Below, in pieces: positions 1-11,990 of a stretch of 64,000 nucleotides of DNA. The notes beneath the pieces are model-generated. The model was not told the origin of the DNA. It ran no database searches and was given only the letters and a program-made list of their open reading frames with translations. Source of the stretch: Callorhinchus milii (lineage: Eukaryota); contig NW_024704742.1 in assembly GCF_018977255.1 (NCBI RefSeq), positions 6,760,001 through 6,824,000 on the forward strand. Direction: 5' to 3'. Numbering within the stretch: the first letter of the stretch is position 1; each line of letters opens with the position of its first letter. Both the position numbers and the translations under genes were made by a program.

Positions 1-307
1 CGCCACACGCCTCTGTTTACTTAGCGGTAAGTAGGAACCCGGTTGTTAGTCGATTGGTGGATCGTTTTTCCGGGGGTAATAATCCCTCCCCACAAAAAAA
101 TTAATAATAATGATTTGGTCACTCGATCCACGACTGTTTGTGGCACACTGCTGTGCATAATTGGCTTCTCCCACAACATTTTTTCCCGCAAATATACAGT
201 CAATTCACTTTACAGTATATTCCATGAAGTGCTTTGAGGCGTCTCGAAGACATGATGAGACGCTATATCAAACGCAAGGATTATTATTATAATTATTATT
301 ATTATTG
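1..307 (+). mobile_element. tRNA-derived SINE, long variant A (head cut by window edge)
   Basis: GCCTCTGTTTAC..AGTAAGTAGGAACCCGG body, 3' part TGTTTGTGG..CTGCTGTGC..AATTGGCT, (ATT)n tail. Confidence 0.9.
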
Positions 308-1939
308 TGATAGACCACATGTTAGATTCCACTATTTAAATGGAACACATTACAGCAAAGCACTTTAATTTCAAACTTGGTATAAATTGTTCTCTAATCT
401 CTGGCTCAGGCTGTGGTATTGGTGGGCCGATCAGTTGGATCAAGGTTTATCTGATTTTTTTTCAGTTAAGGTGGCATTAGACATTGCACTGCAAGGTGGA
501 GAGTCGTGTGAAGTAAAAACACCTGCACAGACTGACTAGTTGGGCCAAATGGCCTGTTTCCATGCTGTAATTCCTATGTAAATACAATACACATTTACAT
601 TCATATAGATGTAGTTTTTGTAAGCCAGGTGTCTGACTTATGCGGAAACCCATCACCATGCTTAAGAGTATCCTAACAAACTGAGAATTAGTGATCTTCA
701 AGTCGGGAAGACATCCCAAGGCTCCTAAATCTATGTAAATCTTTGCAAGTCTGACACCACCTCAACTCATGAAGGTCAGAGATGTAGAGATCCAGCCGTC
801 TGAGTTTCAATATATGAGTACTGGAACACATGACATCTTAGGATATTCTCTCGATGTGAAAGGTGCTGTATAATGTTTTGCCCACATAACACCCAGTTGA
901 TTCACTTTACACTATATTCTTTGAAGTGCTTTGAGATGTCTTGAAGACGTGATAAGACGCTATATCAAATGCAAGGATTATTACTATTATAAATGAAATC
1001 TGTTGCTGTTTGTGGTTGTTAATACATTTTCTTCATTTCTAAATTGGATACAGCTCAACAATATGCACTTATTGGATGGATGGGTTAGAGGATTACGAAA
1101 GCTTTAAGTAGGGAGTTGGATGGAGAAATTTAGGGAGAGTTAGAGGGTGGGGGCAAAGTGTCTGAAAGCTTGCCCACCAATGGTGGTGCAGAATGGTTGG
1201 ATGGGAATGAAGACAGGCCTCAGTGTAGTTTAAAAGCTTAATATACTACTGGTGATTAATATCAGTACAGTCTACAGAATTGGAAAGTCAGTCTTCGACA
1301 AAATATCAGCGGTGGTACGGTACATGATCCCTACAGTAGCAAACATTAAACATGCTACAAGTCGAGAAACCACTTTTATCATAATATGGCCTGAAAAGTA
1401 CAGATTAATAGGTCTGTAAACTCGTAATGAGCACTGGAGTCTGTTTAAAGGGTCAGTTTAGAAATTGTGCCTCTGTTCAGTATATATGTATACACAGTAT
1501 ATTTAGACATTGGGCAAATGAATTGCATGTGTAACTGATGGATGATTCGGTTCATTGGCCCATTGGAGTGATTTGTTTTTATGAAGTGATTTGCATGTAT
1601 TGAATTACACGTACGCACATGTTCATTGCTGAAGTGCCTCACCAGATGCCTCAGCAGTGTCTACCCAGGCTGGATAAGCTCATAAACAAAGGCTCGTTCC
1701 AGGGAGTACTGCATCACTCATCTCTAATAACTACCAGAAGTAATGGAGCAAATATGTTCACAGAAACATCAAGCACAGTTGGCTTATTCCGAAAGACTTA
1801 TGCAGATAGGAACGAAAAGGCTTTAATCAGAGCAAAGGAGCGGATTCCGCCAGATGCTAGCTTGAAATTTATTTTAAAAGTAGGTTTAAAGTTAAAAGAA
1901 GAAACAGTCCAGCATCAATGACTGAATAACTTGTGTGAC

Positions 1940-2340
1940 AGCCTGTCTCGCCTCTGAATCAAACGGTTGCGTGTTCAAGTCCCTCATCAGAATTTTCAAC
2001 TAGTCGAGGCAGCCTAGGCTGAGACTCCAATGCAGTGTTGTATTGTCGAAGGTGCCGTCCTTTCGAATAGATGTTAAACCAAGGCCCATCTGCCTGTTCA
2101 GGTGGGCCTGAAAAATTGCATTGCACTATACAAAAAGAGAAGAGAGTTTCTCCCAGTGTCCTGGCTAACAATCTCCCGATAAAAATGGTCCCTCACTTCA
2201 TGGCTGACAGTAGGATATTGCTGTGTGCAAATTGGCAACCACTTTTGCTTGCAAATTGCAGCAGTAATGCAGCACAGTATATCCTGTGAAGCGCTTTGAG
2301 ATATTCTCCCAATGTGAAAGGTGCTATATAAAATATAAGG
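1940..2340 (+). mobile_element. Older Deu-domain SINE (AmnSINE1/SacSINE1-like)
   Basis: CTCGCCTCTGA.TC head, GGTGCCGTC.TTTCG..AGATGTTAAACC.AGGCCC.TCTGCCTGTTCAGGTGG Deu-like core, L2-like tail. Confidence 0.75.
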
Positions 2341-2464
2341 ATGCTTCTAATAAATCATATCCTTTGTTAAATTGTTCATGCAGAGGACTGCGTTTCAATT
2401 CTGACAGATCTGGAGGTAAGCTATTTTACTAAAGTCTGGGGCATGTTTAGTCCCAAACCTTTTA

Positions 2465-2780
2465 CAACAACAACAAATTGCATTTATATAGCACCCTTCA
2501 CTCAGGGTAGCGTCCCAGAGAGCTTGACAGTGATGGAACACGATGCAGAGCTGGAGGGAAGAGGAGGTGACCGTGGCACGGTCAAATAGGAAGGTCTTCA
2601 GGCGTAACCTGAAAATGGGGAAAGAAGGGCCAAGGCGCAAAGATAGAGGAAAAGCATTCCAGAGTTTCAGGGCATAGTGGCTGAAAGTGTGGCCACCGAT
2701 GGTGGAACGGAAGGCACAAGGGTCAAGCAGGAGGCTGGAGTCAGTCGAGCGGAGGATGCGGGTAGTGTAGTTGTGGGGTA
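2465..2780 (-). mobile_element. L2 LINE 3' end
   Basis: (GTT)n tail, TGTCAAGCTCTCTGGGACGCTACCC stem, upstream LKTFLFDRA ORF2 end. Confidence 0.8.
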
Positions 2781-3059
2781 AGCAGGTTGGAAAATCGTTC
2801 CTTAATTATCTTAAGTGATAATAAAGCAAAGGAAGACTTTTATGGAACCCACAATTTAAGCCCTTTATTTTTGGTACTGTTAACTGCAGCCCCACAATGG
2901 TCTGTTTTACGAAGGTAGAGACCATCAAGTTCAAATTAACTCAAGTCGACAATAAAATACTGTGAATCATACTTCATTCTCCGTGCAATAAGAACAGAAA
3001 TATATCAATGATCCTTTTCCAATTAAAAGAAACAGATTTTGTTGTATTTGCTATGACTG

Positions 3060-3600
3060 CTAGACTTTATGCATATAAGTACTCGATTTGTACACGGGTG
3101 TGAGAATCTTGGAAGTTGATCTGTTCTGCAATAGGGTGCCAATGGAGCTGGCAAGGACAGGGGTGTAGCTGGCGAGGAGTTTGGTACAGGTGAGGATATG
3201 GGTGCAAGAGTTTTGAATTAATTGGATTTTATGAATGGTGAAGAGGGAATTTGAATAATCAAGGTGGCAGGTGATGAATGGGGGGATCTCAGCTGTGTTG
3301 TTCATCTGGGAGATATGGTCAGAGGCAGGCAATGTGGGGGAGGTGGAGGAAACCCAATTCCCTGTCAGGGAATGGATGTGGGGTTGGAAGGACAGCTGGG
3401 TTTCTTACAGGTTACACAAAAGTTCAGTGAGCCTGAGGGATAGGCAGAGGTTCAAGAGGTTGGAGCCACAGGCGAGAAAACGCTGACTGGAGCCAAGGAG
3501 TATAGCAATCCTCTTGTCAACATTCAGCTGCAGAAAGTTGGTGTTCATCCAGGTCTTGATATCTGACAAGCAAGTGGACAGAGCAGTACAATAATATATT
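3060..3600 (-). mobile_element. L2 LINE ORF2 (RT C-terminal) fragment, decayed
   Basis: CLSDIKTWMNTNFLQLNVDK and LDYSNSL...IQLIQNS motifs. Confidence 0.85.
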
Positions 3601-3876
3601 TGTTTTGCTCTATTGTTCCCCACCTTCCATTACCAGCCTTTTTTTTTAGACCTTGCTGTTTGCACTTTGTTGCCTTGCAAACCTAACGGTCCAATATTTA
3701 TAGGAGAAAAAAATAACTTCAGGCTTGACATGAAGAAGCGTTTCTTTACTCAGAGAATGACGGATATCTGAAACAACCTCAAGTGGGTTACTGTATGTGC
3801 AAAATAACATCCCCTCATTCAAGAGAATGAAGACAGATATCTTAAGCGAGAGGCAATCAGTAGCTGCAGACTGGGG

Positions 3877-3998
3877 GCCTAACATGCTATATGATGTGTG
3901 AACTGTAACACCTAAAATACAGTAATTTTTTTTAGGTAAAATAAAGAGCCTAACATGCCGTATGATGTGAACTGTAACACCTAAAAACACAGTAATTC
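3877..3998. repeat. Direct duplication of about 50 bp
   Basis: GCCTAACATGC..TATGATGTG(TG)AACTGTAACACCTAAAA..ACAGTAATT occurs twice. Confidence 0.85.
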
Positions 3999-5699
3999 TA
4001 GTGAAGACCTTTGAATTTTCCAATTAAATCTCCTGCCACCTCAGTTGGCCATGGGATTTTGTATTTATTTTCCTTTTTTCACATCCAAGTGGCCAGTAGG
4101 TATATATTTATGACTGTTACATTCGAGTAAGTCGTTGAGATGACTCAAAGAACTTCACAGGAATTACTGTGGTAACTATATTTTGTAGGCAATTACTGTG
4201 CAAATACTTCCTGTCTATGTGTCGATATAGGTAAACTAGAAGTCACAATTCACACGACAAATCCATGATGTTTTTCAAGTCTAACATTCTAGATCCAAAT
4301 GTTGCCTTAAAGGAACTTGGAACTCAATTTACGTCTGCCTGACGTCAAAGATCCTACGGCAATATCGAAAAAGAGAAGGGAGTTTCTTCCGATGTTCTGG
4401 TCAGCAATCCCCCAAATAAAATTGTCCATTAATTGAACAATTTTGTGTTTGTGGAAAACTACTTCAATTCTTTTAATTAAAAAAACTAATAATGATAATT
4501 TGAACACTCAATCCACAATAATTTGTGGGACACTGCTGTGCATAATTGGCTGCTGTGTTTCGCCCACAAACTACACAGTCAATTCACTTTACAATATATT
4601 CTGTGAAGTACTTTGAGGCATCTCGAAGACGTGATAAGGCGCTATACCAAAGGCAAGAATTATTATTATTATTACTATGGGCAATTGGCTGCCGTATTCA
4701 TTCACATGGTACAATGTCACTTCAGTTTGCAGTATATCCTGTGAAATGCTTTGGGGCATCCTCCTGATGTGAAAGGCACTATATCAAATGTAAGGATCAT
4801 CATCTCTTTCATTTTAATATCAAATCCACTTTTTCATTAAAGTTTTACTTCCAACACCTCCACTTCCTCCACCCTGCACTGTGCAATGTGTCCTGAAGCT
4901 TTCATCACCTCTTCACCCTCTGCTACAGAGATCTTTGATGCACTCCAGTTGTCAGTAAAAAAAATTGTGAAAGTAGCAAAACTGTTTACAGTGCAAGCTT
5001 TTCCTTTATTTAGCCGTGAACATAACTCTGATCAAGTTGTCAAATATTGGTATAAAAAGCTTACATTTAACAAACATTTTTTTAATAAATAAAGACATGA
5101 TTTGACAAACGGAGCATTATTTATAGAGTTTGAGGTTTCCGTTGAATTCGATGTTAATTCAGTGCGCTAAGTAAAGCAGACAATTTGGAGGTTCTGGATT
5201 GTTTTTTCATAACTAAGAATACGGATGGTGTAGGAAATAAATAAAACAATCCACAGGAAAAGGAAATTTGGTTAAGATTTATTTCCCTTTGGAGGGCTGA
5301 ACTTTTGAATGCAAAATAAATAGACTTGTCCATGATGTAACTGTTGGAATTCATCCCAACCTTTCGCAAAGAATATTCTATACAACATTGCACATTTTGG
5401 GGCTCCGAAATGCAGTGTTTGCCACCAGATTTGTATATGTTATCATCTTGAAGCACTTTGAGACATCTTCCTGGCGTGTAAGTCGCCATGCCAAATGTAA
5501 GGTTTATTAATGTTGAATCCTGCCAGTAATCAGATGCGTGTTTCACAGACCAGCTCAGACACACCCAGAAACAAACATGTTACAGTCCCACGATTCAATC
5601 GTGAATATGATGAGCGGCAGTTTCATAGTGTCTGCCCACTGATATTTTCAAGTGCTGTTTTTGCAGTGGAAATACGTGTATCTTTTATTGAAAAGCATT

Positions 5700-6062
5700 A
5701 AAAGAAACAGAGGGGAGGTGAGGAGAAATTTTAAAATTTTAATTTTATAAAAAACAGAGGGATTAGGGGATATACGGATAGGGCAGGTAATTAGAGTTAG
5801 GTCTGAAGATCAGCCATGGTCTTATCAAATGGCGGGGCACAGGCTCGAGGGGCTGAATGGCCTATTCCTGCTCCTAATTCTTATGTTTTTATGTTCTTAT
5901 GTTCTTAAATTGTTTCACACATCGAGTTGTTCGGATCTGAAATGCATTGCCTGGAAGGCTGGTGGAAGCCGATTCGATAACAACTTTTAAGGGAGAAGTA
6001 GATAATTATTTGGGGAGGACAAGTTTGCAGGGCTATGGGGAGAGAGTGGGGGAAATGAAAAC
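5700..6062 (+). mobile_element. CR1 3' fragment with a second CR1-type tail, (TTATGTTC)n, nested at about 5755-5907
   Basis: 5700-5732 and 5913-6058 match the reverse complement of about 20350-20530. Confidence 0.8.
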
Positions 6063-6271
6063 AGTAGGAGAGAGTCATGATCAGTCATGATCATGATCAA
6101 GTCATGATCAGCACTTGTATTAATAAAGGGAAGGGAACACCAAAGGAGGCAGAAGTTGGTGTTCTCTTGCCTCACGGTTCCCAGTTCTAAGGTCCTGGAA
6201 AAGATTGAATTAAACTGGGAGATGATGCAAAGAGATGTGGGGTGAAACATTCCACATGGCACTAAATAGAG

Positions 6272-6521
6272 TCCAGCCAATTGCGCACAGCAGTGTCCCA
6301 CAAATAGTCGTGGATTGAGTGACCAAATTATTATGATTTTTTTTTGAGGGATTATTACCCCCTGAAAAGCGATCCGCCAATCAACTAACAGTCGGGTTAC
6401 TGCTAGGTAAACAGAGGTGTGTGGAGTAAGGAATCTTGCTCAACATTTCGCTCTGCCGGGAATTGAACCCAGGTCTCTCACTTGCAAGGCGAGTGCTTTA
6501 ACCACTGCGCTACAGGACTCC
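6272..6521 (-). mobile_element. tRNA-derived SINE variant A, 3'-truncated
   Basis: Reverse-complement head GGAGTCCTGTAGCGCAGTGG...GGTTCAATTCCCGG plus body. Confidence 0.88.
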
Positions 6522-8216
6522 ACAACTGTAGTCAGCAGAAGTGTAAAAATAAATGTCAGGCAGTTTTAAAGGGGGCACCAGATTGTGTGCATTTCCTTCG
6601 AAAAAGTAATTTGAGGAGAAAATAAGTTTCACTCCAGCTCCTATCATACCAAGAGACACCAGACCACACAACCTTTGTGTCGATTGATTTTTGCAGCTGT
6701 CGTCTTGCTCTCAGCTGGTGTCAAAGTAAGTCGGGACACTCATCCTTAGCCTGTGACCCGAGAGATATTTTGTACTTTGATTTCTTCACCGACACTGCCA
6801 GATACCATAAACACAAATAGAATTCATGGCACTTGGGGAAGCTAAATGAATTGCATGATGGAGCATTCAGTACTGTTGCAATCATTAACTTACCATTCGG
6901 GAAAAAGGGGGTAAAGGCAGTACTGTTCGCAGGTACACAGTGAACGATATACCATAGCCTTCAACAATCTCATGGCACAAGCAGCTGAAAAAGCCTTTTG
7001 ACGAAAAGGGTTATAGGTGAAGGACACAAGCTGTGGAACAGAGAGAAAGCGATAGCAGATTTAACAGAGTCAAAATGCAAATGACTGACAGAAAGCATCA
7101 ACAGCAGCTAAGTGAATGGAAGCAGTACACTTTATAGGATATACAAAGGCTATCTCAGGGATGATAATTCTGCGATGTGATAGACCCGGAATGTAAGGAG
7201 GGAATCATAATAATCTGTCATGTGAGGGCAATATGACTGGAACCCTCAGATTGATTTATCCCACTGCATGTAATATGCAGACAATCTCCTGGGTAACTTA
7301 ACTGAAACACTTATGTTTCGCAATCTAAAACCTCTCTAGCCTCAAAAGTGATTGTTGAAATCCTACAAATAGATAGCGAACACCAAAGAAACAATGTCCT
7401 GGCAAACCACAGACCTCAGGATGGGACTCACACCCAGAGGAAAAGAGCAAAGAGGAAAATAAGCAGATCTCAATGCCAGGAAAACAAGAGGGAACAGAAA
7501 GGAAAGCACTGTCATGATTGAAAGTGCCTCACCTTCTGTATCAGATATAAATACATCCTACATTCCTTTGTTCTTATTAGCACTTTAGTTATAACACTTT
7601 TCGAAAAAAGAAGGGAATTTCTCCCAATGTACTGGCCAACAGTCCTCCAAATAAAATTGGTGATTCACTTGGGTCATTGCTATGCACAAATTAGCTGCTG
7701 CGTTAGAACATAAGAACATAAGAAATGCTAGACAAAAAAAGACCAAGCTCTCTAGTTTGCCTTCCACCTTCCTAGAGGTCGCATGTACATTTGTACGCGT
7801 TCACCTTCAAATTACACGCAGTCACTCCACTTTGCATGATATTAAGTTATATCCTGTGAAGCTCTTTGGGACATCCTCTGGATGTGAAAGCCGCTACATC
7901 AACTGCAACTATTATTCTGTTCAAATCTCCTCCCTCCAGATGAATGGAATTCCACCACACCATACCTTTCTGAGAACAAGATCTTCCCAAAATAAGTTAT
8001 TTTTGAAGCTATTAAAAGAAAATGTGGCATTGATATCCCCTTCCACTGTTGTTGTAACTTCCCCTCACCCACCCCCACCAGCTTGACATCAGGCTCCGCC
8101 ACTGATAAGTGCTCCGAGATGCTGAAAGGTGCTATATAAATGCAAGTTGTTGTTGTTGTTGACTGTGACTGGAACGCAGATATGCAACCTGGATGCAGGG
8201 TTTGTCAAGCATTATA

Positions 8217-8544
8217 TAATAATAATAATAATAATCCTTGCATTTGATACAGCGCTTTTCACGTCGGGAGGACGTCCCAAAGCGCTTCACAGAATATACT
8301 GTAAAGTGAATTGACTGTATATTTGAGGGCGATCGCGGCAGCCAATTGCGCACAGCAATGTCCCACAAACAGTCGTAGATTGAAAATGACCAATTTATTA
8401 TTGTTTTTGGTTTTGGAGGGATTATTATTAAGCTCTGTGTGGAGTAAGGAAACTTGCCCAAGGTTTCGCCCTGACCTGCCTGGAATTGAACTCAGGTCTC
8501 TCGCTTGTAAAGCGAGTGCTCTAACCACTGAGCTACAGGACTCC
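8217..8544 (-). mobile_element. tRNA-derived SINE, short young variant B, full length
   Basis: Intact A/B-box head, shortened body (CACACAGAGC.TAATAATAATCCC), tail loop CTCCC, (ATT)n. Nearly identical to 32762-33094. Confidence 0.92.
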
Positions 8545-8559
8545 ACAAACAATTCACAA

Positions 8560-9960
8560 CAATGTTTGGAGATGCTGGAATGCAAAAGAAGACAGCAGAC
8601 TACACACCGCTAAGGAGGTGAATGTAAAGCTAAAGAAATAGAGCAAAGGTAACTCGAACTGATAGTGAACTGTTGATACTGTTCCAGCCCCACCAGAAGA
8701 ACACAGTACACCTGTTGTGGTATTTTTGGAGGACATGTGGACATGGAGAAGATACAGTAAAGGACAATTAGGCTGACATCTGGAATTAGACATTGGAATG
8801 ACAAGAAGATACTGAGAATGTTTAGAGGAATGATCAAGGATCAGATAAATCATTTTGAAAGATTTAAGATGTTTGTCAGCCTGGCTCGGTTGGTAGCAAT
8901 CTCACCTCCAAGTCAAAAAGTCTTGGGTTCAAACTCCACATCAGGATATGAACCCATATTGTCCAAGGTGACACTCCAATGAAGTGTTAGTGGGAGGGGT
9001 GTTGGATTCTCGAAGGTACTGTCCTTCTGATGAGATGTTAAAACTGGATCCTATCTGCCTCTGCAGGTAGACAATAAAGATCTTATAACACTGTTCGAAA
9101 AGAGTTTCTCCTTGGTGTCCTGGCCAACAATTTCCCAAATTAAATTGGGCACTTGCTCATTGGCTGTATGTGACCAATGCAAATTGGTTGCAAGGTTCAC
9201 CCACAAAGTACAGTCACACCACTTTATGGTATATCCTATGAAGCACTTTGAGACCGTCTAAGGTCTCCTGCCCCTTCTCTCCGGCTCGGTGTCGTGCTCC
9301 GCCACTGTCAAGCGCTCTGGGACACCTCACTGCGTGAGAAAACGGTATATAAATGCAAGTTGTTGCTGCTATCTTGACGATGTGATAAGATGCTATATCA
9401 AATGTTAGGATTATTATTATTGTAATTATAAGATCGTAACAGACAATAGATAAACTGAATCCAATCAGTTAACTTGTTTTACATTGGCAAGGAATGCATG
9501 TACTCAAGCCTGAAGGCGAAAATTCCAACTAGACTTTGCCTGTCTATAGTCTTACGATTTTAAGATCACACAGAACTTCAGAGGACTGAATTCAGTTTTA
9601 ATTTAGAAGCCAGTTTCTGTAATTCTTATAAGCATCAAGCCTAAATTTAAGAATTGTCCACAATTCTGTACAATCTGACATTTCCCCAACGTAAGACAAA
9701 ATGGTCTTGGAGGTTAAGACAAGGTGAAAGCCGCTACATCAACTGCAACAAAAGAGTTTAGATTTCATTACTTTATACTGAATGGTGTGAATGTGTGGAA
9801 TACCACTACCCAGGGAATCGATGGAAGCAGATTGTGTTTCCAAATTCCAGAAGGAATTGGAAAGTTATCAAAAAGATTGAAGTGTATGAGAGATGGAATT
9901 ATTTGTGACATTTTGCTATTGATGGACTCAGTGGTCTCAGTTTTTGCTGGCCCTGTATAT
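8560..9960 (+). mobile_element. Very old CR1 3' region broken by nested SINE/MITE insertions
   Basis: Degenerate MEKIQ.R..RL..G segment (8740-8870) and V.NVWN.LP-like segment (9770-9880). Confidence 0.5.
8878..9425 (+). mobile_element. Older Deu-domain SINE with an L2 tail (about 9265-9368) inserted near its 3' end
   Basis: GCCTGGCTCGGTTGGTAGCA head, GATGAGATGTTAAAACTG core. Confidence 0.72.
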
Positions 9961-10929
9961 ACTTCAAATGAGATGTTAAACTGAGGTCCCGTCTGCTGTT
10001 CAGGTGGACGTTAAAGATCCCATGAGACTATTTGAAAGGAGTTTCTCATGGTGTCCTGGCCAATAATCTCCCAGATAAAGTTGGTCACTGACTTCATAGC
10101 TGTTTGCAGGCCACTGCTGTGCACAAAATTGCCTGCCATGTTTCCTAACAAATACCCTATAGAATAAGTCCTGTGAAGGGTTTTAAGATGTCTCAATTAT
10201 GTGGTAAGGTATTTTATCAAATGTAAGGATTATTATTATTATTATTATATGCAGTAAGCTGTTCACACAATTTCCAAGTTCAGGAGTTTAAATGAAAGAT
10301 AACTGTACATTCTCATCTATTTTAAGTCGTGGGGAGAGGGGAAATTCTCCTCTCTGAGTGAGCAAAACAATATAAACAGGAAGGTAAGCTTTGACCAGTA
10401 CTGGTGGTCTGATCGTTTCAATCCAAATACATGTGGAATGGTGGGCTCCCCGGGAGAATATCAGAAATGGGCCAAGAATCCATCATCTTGGTTGCTAACA
10501 AGTAAAGAGCATGGGGAATCCCGAGGGAGATTTGCAAAATGCCTTATTTAATTATTAATTTGAGCCCCATACAAAGGCTGAATGAACACTGTGTGATGTG
10601 GTGGCTTTGATCCTTTGCTCCAGTTGCTTCTATTTCCAGTGTAGAACCAGGGCTATTTTGATCAAGGCAAAGCGGAACCAGTTCGAGATATTTTCATCAG
10701 TTTTTTTCATTTCTTCACCCTCCAGTGAAGAAACCAAAATATATCACGACAAGACCATGAAGGGACCAGAGGAGTTGTTTCAGCAAGAGGAAAGCACGCA
10801 CATAATTTCCGATTATGAAAGGACAAAAAGTTCAAAGTGTTCACATCAAAAGGACATATCCTTTCAAATTTACTCCGTTCTCCTTATGAAACATAAAGCC
10901 TCTTGTTGTCCACGCGCGAATGCTGAGCC

Positions 10930-11166
10930 CGAGATTTCACCTGGTTAAAGCCTGTAAAACCAAAAGAATTAAGATTAGGTAGAATTGTGGACTCTTTTTG
11001 AATTGGTCTTATTGTGCAAGCCTGTTCCTGTCAAGACAAAAAAAAAATCAGTGAAATATAGGCTTCCGAATTAAGACTGAGTTTCAGGATTTTCCACAAT
11101 TCTGTGTGATCTTAAATGTTAAGACAAAGTGGTGCTGCAGGCAAAGACGAGGTGGAATTTTGAACC
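10930..11166. mobile_element. Palindromic MITE-like element. Relatives at 9515-9685 and 52490-53065
   Basis: GCCTGTAAAACCA...TAAGA..AGAATTGTGGA versus TCCACAATTCTG..GATCTTAAA..TAAGACAA..GG..CAGGC. Confidence 0.65.
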
Positions 11167-11449
11167 TGTTATACTACGGAAACAAGCACAGGTTTTGCAC
11201 AAGTAGACAAGCAACCTTGAATCCCAATTGTTAATGGTACAGCAGAAGAGTCTGTAGAATGACTCTGGTCCATTGCCATGTCAGCTATCATTGTCGTGTT
11301 CATAAAGCCCAGAGTACAATGATGGATGTAGATGAGGCACACTGAAAGAAGATGTCAGTGAGCCAGTGTCCAAAACAGAAATTTGACCAACAACAGGAGT
11401 TCTTAAATAAAAAGTTTCAGTTGGAAACAGTGTTCAGCAAAGTTTACCT

Positions 11450-11990
11450 TCCCCTCCTTTTCTCTCCTCTTCTGTGTCAGGGTATTTGTTTAAGGGCAAT
11501 GGCAGTCCTTCAATTCCTTGCATGAATGGTTATTTTTCCGTGTATGAGCCTCAAATAGTGAGCATTAGAGACTATGAGACCAATGACAATCTAGCCTGAT
11601 GATATCCTCATCCAAACTTCATAGACAGATATTTAGTCCATTGACGGATCGCTTTTCTGGGGGGTAATAATTCCTTAAAAAAATAATAAATTGTTCACTT
11701 CAATCCACAACTGTTTGTGGGACGCTGCTGTGTTCTATTGGCTGTTGCATTTCGCCCAAAAAATATACAACCAATTCACTTCACAATATATTCTTTGAAG
11801 CTCTTTGAAACATCTCGGAGGCAATAATAAGTTGCTATCTTAAATACAAGGATGAATGATTATTATTTCCAACAAGTGGGCCTGGATAAGGATTGGGATT
11901 AGATCAGGAATGCTGAAACTAATTCCCTTAGTTGGTTCAGCAATAAACAGGGATCATGCCAGGGATCTTTATAGTCTTCATATACAGTAC
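11450..11990 (-). mobile_element. Ancient tRNA-headed SINE of another family (name uncertain). Related pieces at about 25860-25990(+) and 61855-62420(-)
   Basis: Shared TATGAGCCT..A.AGTGAG motif and ..GATCCCTGG head pieces; split by younger SINE insertions. Confidence 0.5.
11636..11867 (+). mobile_element. SINE variant A, 5'-truncated, nested in an older SINE
   Basis: Body and tail match the other copies. Confidence 0.85.

Noticed and set aside
6540..7560. Decayed retroelement coding sequence
   Set aside because: Purine-rich and coding-like, but I could not anchor any diagnostic motif.
8132..8613. Near-identical 100-120-aa ORFs at 8.1-8.6 kb and 32.7-33.2 kb as duplicated genes
   Set aside because: They are translations of two copies of SINE variant B.
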